Part shown: positions 1 through 5,295 of the stretch, piece by piece
Layout: every line of letters begins with the position of its first letter
How positions within the stretch are numbered: position 1 is the first letter of the stretch
Position numbers and translations under genes: made by a program
DNA from: an uncultured virus (IMG/VR IMGVR_UViG_3300027770_000035)
Taxonomy: Duplodnaviria; Heunggongvirae; Uroviricota; Caudoviricetes
DNA length: 20,000 nt
IMG/VR virus record: IMGVR_UViG_3300027770_000035
Direction: 5' to 3' (one strand)
Notes under the pieces: generated by a model
The model's database searches: none
Told to the model about the DNA's origin: nothing
Seen by the model: only the letters and a program-made list of their open reading frames with translations

Positions 1-15
1 TTGAGCTATCTGGGA
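1..15 (-). tRNA. 5' end of a third tRNA, truncated by the window edge (identity not readable; a TCC- start is typical of tRNA-Asn)
   Basis: Reverse complement TCCCAGA-TA-GCTCAA gives acceptor 5' strand, U8A9 and D-stem start, 6 nt downstream of the tRNA-Thr CCA. The anticodon is outside the window. Confidence 0.65.
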
Positions 16-21
16 ATATTG

Positions 22-97
22 TGGAGCCTCGTGCCGGGATTGAACCAGCGACATCCAGTTTACAAAACTGGCGCTCTACCAACTGAGCTAACAAGGC
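22..97 (-). tRNA. trnT: tRNA-Thr(UGU), CCA encoded
   Basis: Revcomp GCCTTGT TAGCTCAGTTGGTAGAGCG CCAGT TTTGTAA ACTGG ATGTC GCTGG TTCAATC CCGGC ACGAGGC TCCA: 76-nt cloverleaf, anticodon TGT. Confidence 0.96.
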
Positions 98-98
98 T

Positions 99-175
99 TG
101 GTGATCTGTGAGAGATTCGAACTCCCGACCCTAGAGGTAGAAGCTCCATGCTCTATCCAACTGAGCTAACAGACC
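99..175 (-). tRNA. trnR: tRNA-Arg(UCU), CCA encoded
   Basis: Revcomp GGTCTGT TAGCTCAGTTGGATAGAGCA TGGAG CTTCTAC CTCTA GGGTC GGGAG TTCGAAT CTCTC ACAGATC ACCA: 77-nt cloverleaf, anticodon TCT. Confidence 0.96.
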
Positions 176-180
176 AAACT

Positions 181-188
181 TATTTATA
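181..188 (-). promoter_or_regulatory. T4-type late promoter TATAAATA upstream of the tRNA cluster
   Basis: Exact TATAAATA on the minus strand, 5 nt before the tRNA-Arg 5' end. The same motif precedes gp18, gp22 and gp23 here. Confidence 0.65.
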
Positions 189-530
189 TTAGTCAACGAT
201 ATTCAATCCAATCTGTCTGAGACAACTCTCGATCTCTTTAGTCAACGTTCCTTCTGCGACAAAGCCTCCACTAACACACATGCCAGAACAATACCAATCC
301 ATGTAGTCCTCGTTCAGTATGCCGACCAGACTTCGAATCTCGGCAACAATTCCACCAGAAGATCTCCAGGAATATGAAGCGACGACATCAATATCATCTA
401 CTGTATATTCCATATTGCAGAAGGCAGCATAGAAATTCTGAGCAAATGAATCATCGATGAACCTCCCAAGGAATGAGGAAGACTTCACTCTGTCAATCAG
501 ATCAGTATCATCGAAATATTTCTTTGTCAT
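189..530 (-). CDS. Phage hypothetical protein (113 aa)
   Basis: ATGA overlap with the deaminase stop. Motifs AQNFYAAFCN, SWRSSGGIVAEIR and DYMDWYCSG resemble an uncharacterised phage family I recall; function unknown. Confidence 0.8.
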   Translation of the reverse strand: MTKKYFDDTDLIDRVKSSSFLGRFIDDSFAQNFYAAFCNMEYTVDDIDVVASYSWRSSGGIVAEIRSLVGILNEDYMDWYCSGMCVSGGFVAEGTLTKEIESCLRQIGLNIVD

Positions 531-925
531 AGTGTCTCGTATCCATTATCTACTGTGTAGTATACATTCTTGATTTCAAATTCCGCAATGGCTCGTTGAC
601 AACCATCACAAGGTTTTGAGATTCCCCATACACCTTTATTCTTCACCCTGCAAATATAAAGTGACGACTTCTTTAGTTGCCAGAGATCCAGCTGTCTCAG
701 AGCATTCTTGATGGTTGCTATCTCGGCGTGAAGAAATATTCTGTGTTCAGTGTCAGCATACTTCTTCTGAAATGGTGAAGACTTATAGGATGAAGTTCCG
801 TATGCCACAATCCTATTCTTATATTCCAATGCAGCTGCCAGTTTGTAATTGGCGACCTTTGGAGTGAGAGCAGCAATCTCGGAAAGATCCTGAAGTATTC
901 TCAGGATCTTCTGTTCACTTTGCAT
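527..925 (-). CDS. Zn-dependent cytidine/dCMP-deaminase-fold protein (132 aa)
   Basis: HAE (FLHAEI) and PCxxC (SKPCDGC) motifs. Start reassigned to ATG 925 (MQSEQK); the poly-GL extension in the ORF track is the hexamer repeat read in another frame. Confidence 0.88.
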   Translation of the reverse strand: MQSEQKILRILQDLSEIAALTPKVANYKLAAALEYKNRIVAYGTSSYKSSPFQKKYADTEHRIFLHAEIATIKNALRQLDLWQLKKSSLYICRVKNKGVWGISKPCDGCQRAIAEFEIKNVYYTVDNGYETL

Positions 926-1091
926 AAGACCAAGACCCAGCCCCAGATGCTTGGCCAAACCCATCATAAGACCAAGACCTAGACCAAGACCAATTATCAG
1001 ACCCAGACCCAGACTTAGACCTAGACCTAGACCCAGATAGCCTAGCAGACCTAGACCCCACAATTCGTTTGTATCTTGATTTCTTTGTCAT
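915..1091 (-). CDS. Mini-gene 3, basic Ser/Gly/Trp/Arg peptide (58 aa)
   Basis: MTKKSRYKRIVGSRSARLSGSRSRSKSGSGSDNWSWSRSWSYDGFGQASGAGSWSYAK*. Follows TAA-TAT-ATG and overlaps the deaminase start by 11 nt. Confidence 0.6.
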   Translation of the reverse strand: MTKKSRYKRIVGSRSARLSGSRSRSKSGSGSDNWSWSRSWSYDGFGQASGAGSWSYAK

Positions 1092-1094
1092 ATA

Positions 1095-1238
1095 TTAAGA
1101 CCCAGACCCAGACCCAGACCAAGACCCAGACCCAGACCTAGACCCAGACCCAGACCAAGACCCAGACCAAGACCCAGACCAAGACCCAGACCCAGACCAA
1201 GACCCCACAATTCGTTTGTATCTTGATTTCTTTGTCAT
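1095..1238 (-). CDS. Mini-gene 2, basic head plus 18 perfect X-S dipeptides (47 aa)
   Basis: MTKKSRYKRIV-GSWSGSGSWSGSWSGSWSGSGSRSGSGSWSGSGSGS*, with TAA-TAT-ATG junctions on both sides. Confidence 0.6.
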   Translation of the reverse strand: MTKKSRYKRIVGSWSGSGSWSGSWSGSWSGSGSRSGSGSWSGSGSGS

Positions 1239-1241
1239 ATA

Positions 1242-1439
1242 TTATTTACCAGACCCATACCCAGACCTAGACCAAGACCCAGACCCAGACCTAGACCTAG
1301 ACCTAGACCAAGACCAAGACCCAGACCAAGACCCAGACCTAGACCCAGACCTATACCTAGACCAAGACCTAGACCTAGACCCAGACCCAGACCAAGACCC
1401 AGACCACATAATTCGTTTGTATCTTGATTTCTTTGTCAT
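1242..1439 (-). CDS. Mini-gene 1, basic head plus (W/G/R)-S repeats (65 aa)
   Basis: MTKKSRYKRIMWSGSWSGSGSRSRSWSRYRSGSRSGSWSGSWSWSRSRSRSGSGSWSRSGYGSGK*. Start chosen by identity with the other two heads; the RBS is weak. Confidence 0.6.
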   Translation of the reverse strand: MTKKSRYKRIMWSGSWSGSGSRSRSWSRYRSGSRSGSWSGSWSWSRSRSRSGSGSWSRSGYGSGK

Positions 1440-1540
1440 ATCGATATTGGTGTCAGATCCCCAATTCACGATTCGTTAACTAGACTTTTGTACATCATCT
1501 AGAGGGTGTCTGAACTTACCTGTGAACGACCAATCAGTTC

Positions 1541-1795
1541 CTACTTACCCGGACCGAAGCTTTCGATGGACTGAGTCGTGACAAACCAGGTACCAGTAGG
1601 CAGAGTCTGAGCATCCTTATACCCAGCTTCGGTGAATGCACCAGTCTCATATACAATCTGAGCATCGGCCAGCTTGACATGAGATTTAGTGACCTCGGAG
1701 ACCGTACCAGCATAGATGTAATTCGAGCAGAACAACATCACACTCTTACCCTGGAAAGAATCAAGACCTTCAACAACGTTATTGAGATTTTTCAT
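1541..1795 (-). CDS. Small beta-rich protein, probable Sm/LSm/Hfq-like fold (84 aa)
   Basis: Short helix then GKSVMLF..NYIYAGTVSEV..HVKLADA (Sm1-like) and WFVTTQSIESF (Sm2-like). Purine-rich leader with AAGGA. The ORF is solid; the fold is by-eye inference. Confidence 0.65.
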   Translation of the reverse strand: MKNLNNVVEGLDSFQGKSVMLFCSNYIYAGTVSEVTKSHVKLADAQIVYETGAFTEAGYKDAQTLPTGTWFVTTQSIESFGPGK

Positions 1796-1847
1796 AATTT
1801 ATTTTCCTTTTCCTTTTTACTCCTCTTTTATTATACTACGGAGTCAA

Positions 1848-1985
1848 CTACCAATTTATGAAACTTAAACGTATGCAATCATCATAGTCGTGACGATAGT
1901 CATCCGCTTCATTTTGATTGTACTGTTCGAAGTCATCCGGTTCGTAGAACTCTTCAGCAGAGACATCATCAAAGTCATCGTTCAT
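1848..1985 (-). CDS. Very acidic 45-aa peptide (not in the ORF track), probably leaderless
   Basis: MNDDFDDVSAEEFYEPDDFEQYNQNEADDYRHDYDDCIRLSFINW*. ATG lies 6 nt after a TATACT -10 box. Confidence 0.7.
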   Translation of the reverse strand: MNDDFDDVSAEEFYEPDDFEQYNQNEADDYRHDYDDCIRLSFINW

Positions 1986-1991
1986 ATTCAA

Positions 1992-2020
1992 AGTATACCG
2001 CATCCCTCGGAGGATGTCAA
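1992..2020 (-). promoter_or_regulatory. Sigma70-type early promoter, leftward
   Basis: TTGACA (2020-2015), 17 nt, TATACT (1997-1992). Confidence 0.85.
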
Positions 2021-2043
2021 GAGGAATCTGAAAATAGTTTCTC

Positions 2044-2072
2044 TTGACAATCGAAGATCGACGCCCTATACT
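2044..2072 (+). promoter_or_regulatory. Sigma70-type early promoter, rightward
   Basis: TTGACA (2044-2049), 17 nt, TATACT (2067-2072). Confidence 0.85.
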
Positions 2073-2078
2073 ATAGGT

Positions 2079-2504
2079 ATGAATAAGAAATTCTCACCTG
2101 AACTCCACGATGAGTTCGATGTATTTGGTCGGGAGATCGTGAAGAAGTTCTTGGCCAAGACAATGAAGCTGGAAGCCAGAGACAATCCGGACCAGTATGG
2201 TATTGATCTGGTCCTATATAAGAATGATACAATCGTAGGATATGCCGAGGTTGAGGTTCGGACCAACTGGAATGCTCTGAACTTTCCTTTTGATGAACTG
2301 AATGTTCCACTGAGGAAAGGTAAGCTGTTCAACAACGATCTTCCTTCGCTGTTCTTCTCGGTGAACCAGCCGGGCACGGCATTGATGTACTGTTCGTCTA
2401 ATCTTGTGATGAGATCTCGGATCGAGAATTCTCCCAACAAGTATATGAGAGAAGAAATGTTCTTCAAGGTTCCAGTAGAGAAAATGAAGTTTGTGGTACT
2501 ATAG
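2079..2504 (+). CDS. Hypothetical protein, probable PD-(D/E)xK nuclease-like fold (141 aa)
   Basis: Start reassigned to ATG 2079, just after the promoter. YGIDLVL...YAEVEVR matches the D...E-x-(K/E) strand arrangement of restriction-endonuclease-like folds (inference). Confidence 0.6.
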   Translation: MNKKFSPELHDEFDVFGREIVKKFLAKTMKLEARDNPDQYGIDLVLYKNDTIVGYAEVEVRTNWNALNFPFDELNVPLRKGKLFNNDLPSLFFSVNQPGTALMYCSSNLVMRSRIENSPNKYMREEMFFKVPVEKMKFVVL

Positions 2505-2515
2505 GATAATATATA

Positions 2516-2674
2516 ATGAACCCAAAAACCAGATCACTACTCGAAGAAGCCAAGATGATGTTATATGGAGTGGCCTTGTTGTCCCAGAAGGATGTGCCTG
2601 TCAATCATGTGAATGTTATGAGGATTGTGAACAAGCTTGAGAAGGCGTTGGAAAAAGACGGAGTTGTGACTTAA
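2516..2674 (+). CDS. Small hypothetical protein (52 aa, not in the ORF track)
   Basis: MNPKTRSLLEEAKMMLYGVALLSQKDVPVNHVNVMRIVNKLEKALEKDGVVT*. AGGA upstream, and it ends at the terminator. Confidence 0.65.
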   Translation: MNPKTRSLLEEAKMMLYGVALLSQKDVPVNHVNVMRIVNKLEKALEKDGVVT

Positions 2675-2676
2675 AT

Positions 2677-2713
2677 AAAAAAAGGGAGCCAATGAAGGCT
2701 CCCTTTCTCTTTT
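2677..2713. terminator. Bidirectional intrinsic terminator between the early genes and gp23
   Basis: A7 run, stem GGGAGCC-aatgaa-GGCTCCC, then TTTCTCTTTT, so both strands have T-rich tails. A further minus-strand hairpin (TGCATCC-ttacca-GGGTGCA, 2717-2736) follows the gp23 stop. Confidence 0.9.
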
Positions 2714-2740
2714 ATATGCACCCTGGTAAGGATGCAGTGA

Positions 2741-4036
2741 TTACATGAGGTTGAGGACTTTGATCTTCCGGAAGTAACCATTAGCATTGGCAGTAAGAGC
2801 ACCAGGTGTGGTACCGAAGAAGGGATTACCAACAAGACCGTAACGAGTCTTGAAGCCAATCTTGGGCTGGAAGGTGTTCGGATCGACTGCACGTACCTGC
2901 TGCAACGGTACATACGGACAGAAGAACATACCAGCATCATACGGAGACTTACCCTTGTAACCGACAACCATAAGATCATTGGTTGAAGAGTAGAAGTAGG
3001 GATCAATGAATACCTTGTACTTGCCGTTTAGTGTACCAGCAAATGTGTCGGTGGATTCGTCAACATTGAGATCTGTCTTGAGAGCAGGAGCATAATCAAG
3101 CTTACCTGACATAGCCAGAGCAGAAGCAACGTCTGAAGAAACAACAAGGAAGTTACCAGCACCACGACGAGTGTCCTTGGCAATGAAGTTAGCATCACGT
3201 TCGGCCTGGAACAGAAGACCCTTGAAACGTTCTACTGACCAACGGCCATCAGAATCGGTATCAAGATCGAATACACCAGGTGTGGTGGTATTCTTCTGGG
3301 CACCAACCTTCGCAACGTTATAGATGTTTCCCATAACTTCACGATTGATTTCGAACATGATTTCATTGGAGAGGATGTTGGAGAGTTCAGACTCAGCATC
3401 GAGACCGTGAACTGCCTTCAAATCCTGCGCCATTTCGATTGTGTATTCTGACTTCAGCGCACGAGTCTGGGCTGTGACAGTTACCTTATCGAGTGTGAAA
3501 CCCATTTCGTTCGGAGTCAGACCTTCACCGTTGATTGTGGTCATACCATTACCAAAGGCATAACCAGAGGCAAACGGATCTGTACCAGCAGCAGCAGGAG
3601 AGGTAGCACCAGAGAACGCAGAGTCTACAACGCCTGTGGGAGGAATGTAAAGGGCTTCTGTGGAATTCGGACCCACCTGGCCATTGGTCGCACCACCAGA
3701 GGTTGCGTAGCGTGACTTCATGGCGAAGATCAAACCAGTCGGCATTTGCATCGGTTGAACGCCACAAACTTCATACGCCATTAGCGTAGGCATTGAACGA
3801 CGAACCAAGGCGATGAGAATAGGATCGAAACCACCACCAGTGGCAGCAGTACCTTGCAGAGCAGAGGCATCACCAGTAGGATAGGCTTCCTGGATGATCT
3901 GGCCCTGTTTGATCGCTTCACGTTCCTGATTTTCGAGAAGGATCGCTGTTACCTGCTTGCGATACTTATCGGTGATGGGGGCGAGATCTGCATGATCCAG
4001 AACTCCCTTCCATTTATTTAGTAGATTTGTTGACAT
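2741..4036 (-). CDS. gp23: T4-like major capsid protein
   Basis: LLENQE, GVQPMQMPTGLIFAMKSRY, TRALKSEYTIEMAQDLKAVHGLDAE, FFCPYVPL, FQPKIGFKTRYG. SD AAGGAG. Confidence 0.98.
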   Translation of the reverse strand: MSTNLLNKWKGVLDHADLAPITDKYRKQVTAILLENQEREAIKQGQIIQEAYPTGDASALQGTAATGGGFDPILIALVRRSMPTLMAYEVCGVQPMQMPTGLIFAMKSRYATSGGATNGQVGPNSTEALYIPPTGVVDSAFSGATSPAAAGTDPFASGYAFGNGMTTINGEGLTPNEMGFTLDKVTVTAQTRALKSEYTIEMAQDLKAVHGLDAESELSNILSNEIMFEINREVMGNIYNVAKVGAQKNTTTPGVFDLDTDSDGRWSVERFKGLLFQAERDANFIAKDTRRGAGNFLVVSSDVASALAMSGKLDYAPALKTDLNVDESTDTFAGTLNGKYKVFIDPYFYSSTNDLMVVGYKGKSPYDAGMFFCPYVPLQQVRAVDPNTFQPKIGFKTRYGLVGNPFFGTTPGALTANANGYFRKIKVLNLM

Positions 4037-4071
4037 TTATTTCTCCTTGAAAGATGTTAGAACTATACTAT

Positions 4072-4079
4072 TATTTATA
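4072..4079 (-). promoter_or_regulatory. T4-type late promoter for gp23
   Basis: Exact TATAAATA in the gp22-gp23 gap. Confidence 0.85.
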
Positions 4080-4083
4080 AAAA

Positions 4084-5253
4084 TTAAAACTTGAGGCTGC
4101 GAGAGATGGTATCTACATACTTAGACATGCGAGTATTTTCGTGGAGTAATTCTCCTTGAGGACCAGTTTCAGTCTCCAACTTGGTGTCACTCTTTATCAC
4201 AGTCTTGGTGAATGCATTTTCCTTGATTACCGCAACTTTATTCTTGAAACTCTTCTCATCTTCAAAGGCCACATCTTCAGTTAGTTTCTTGAACTTTTCT
4301 ACTTGTGTTGCTGTCAGTCCCTTGGATGATTCAAGGACTAACATTTCCTTGCGTTGTTTGTTGTACTTAATACGCAACTGAGCATTCTTTTCAATCTGTT
4401 CATTCAGCTTTTGTTCGGCTTCAGTTACTTTGGTTCCTAGTTCAACAACCATGTCACGAGTAGGAATATTTGTGAAATTGTACTGCTCATACATACCCTT
4501 CATATTGGATAGGAATGACTCAGCAATCTGTACCTTGATGCCATTTTCCAGAGCAATCTTATTGTTTTCTGCCCACTCTTCGGCAACATATGTCAGGTAC
4601 TTATCGAGCTTGTTTGTGAAGGCTTCGCTGTAAGCTTCTTCAGGAGCAACCATCGGCATTTCAGAAGGAGCAACTTTAACGAAAGACTTGAGTCTGGCCA
4701 CAGCAGTGGGATCTTTAGCCAAGAACTTTAGAATAGTTGCAAATGCATCCACAAACGGTTTGGCCATTTGATTATTATTTAGATCATTGAAAGTGGCTGT
4801 GAATGCAGGTTTCAACTTTGTGAAAGTCGGTCCCATCAATGCACGGAAGGCTTGCTTAAATTCATTGTCCTTGGCAAGTTCAGGGAAGTCTGCCAGAGCT
4901 AATGAGGCAGGATCACTATCATCTTCCTCATACATTTCATCTTCGGCTTCAGGATCCATTGCTTCGGCTTCCATCTTCTTCTCGCCGTCGTCTTCGGCTT
5001 CAGGATCCATTTCTTCATCTTCGGCTTCAGGATCCATTTCTTTGTCTTTAGGATCCTTTTCGTCGTCTACTGTAGGATCCATTGCTTCGGCTTCCATCTT
5101 CTTCTCGCCGTCGTCTTCGTCGTCTTCATCGTCGTGTGCTTCCATACGAGTTGCAACAACATCTTCGAGCATCGCCGAGATCCGTTTCTTCGCATCTTCC
5201 TTGATGTCGTTACCTTCAAAGATAGCGTCGAAAGATAATTTATTTTTTGCCAT
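4084..5253 (-). CDS. gp22: Prohead core scaffolding protein with a large internal insertion
   Basis: Lies between gp21 and gp23. KLDKYLTYVAEEWAENNKIALENGIK..AESF, GLTATQVEKFKKLTEDV and a MSKYVDTISR C-terminus. Confidence 0.92.
   Translation of the reverse strand: MAKNKLSFDAIFEGNDIKEDAKKRISAMLEDVVATRMEAHDDEDDEDDGEKKMEAEAMDPTVDDEKDPKDKEMDPEAEDEEMDPEAEDDGEKKMEAEAMDPEAEDEMYEEDDSDPASLALADFPELAKDNEFKQAFRALMGPTFTKLKPAFTATFNDLNNNQMAKPFVDAFATILKFLAKDPTAVARLKSFVKVAPSEMPMVAPEEAYSEAFTNKLDKYLTYVAEEWAENNKIALENGIKVQIAESFLSNMKGMYEQYNFTNIPTRDMVVELGTKVTEAEQKLNEQIEKNAQLRIKYNKQRKEMLVLESSKGLTATQVEKFKKLTEDVAFEDEKSFKNKVAVIKENAFTKTVIKSDTKLETETGPQGELLHENTRMSKYVDTISRSLKF
4951..5119. repeat. Intragenic direct repeats in gp22
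   Basis: Exact 46-bp repeat at 4951-4996 and 5074-5119 (DDGEKKMEAEAMDP), plus repeated MDPEAED units. Confidence 0.9.
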
Positions 5254-5283
5254 GAGTTGATGTCTCCTGTTTTCTTGTATTAT

Positions 5284-5291
5284 TATTTATA
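5284..5291 (-). promoter_or_regulatory. T4-type late promoter for gp22
   Basis: Exact TATAAATA in the gp21-gp22 gap. Confidence 0.8.
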
Positions 5292-5295
5292 TAAA

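Larger units (their letters stand above)
926..1441. repeat. Composite array: three identical 32-bp heads, each followed by an AGACC[C/A/T] hexamer tract
   Basis: AATTCGTTTGTATCTTGATTTCTTTGTCATAT at 1062-1093, 1209-1240 and 1410-1441. Two copies extend to 45 bp of identity (1053-1097, 1200-1244). Confidence 0.97.

Noticed and set aside
926..1063. Poly-GL membrane-anchor extension of the deaminase (178-aa ORF)
   Set aside because: It is the hexamer tract read in another frame from a TTG inside the repeat head. ATG 925 gives a complete domain. A frameshift fusion cannot be excluded but has no support.
1062..1441. CRISPR array (three identical 32-bp repeats)
   Set aside because: The spacers are 115 and 169 bp of hexamer microsatellite rather than unique 30-40-mers. 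The repeat contains a start codon and reads as a peptide head, and there are no cas genes in the window.
1216..1479. Plus-strand (D-P/L/Q)n ORF
   Set aside because: Antisense shadow of the stop-free hexamer repeat, with a TTG start, no RBS, and orientation opposite to the operon.
1441..1540. Known ribozyme (hammerhead, twister, HDV-like/theta) or group I intron
   Set aside because: I could not match the conserved cores by eye (no CUGANGA/GAAA pair), and it is too short for a group I intron. Kept only as an unclassified candidate RNA.
1890..2078. N-terminal 63 aa of the 204-aa ORF
   Set aside because: Spans both promoters and is antisense to the acidic peptide. ATG 2079 fits the promoter.
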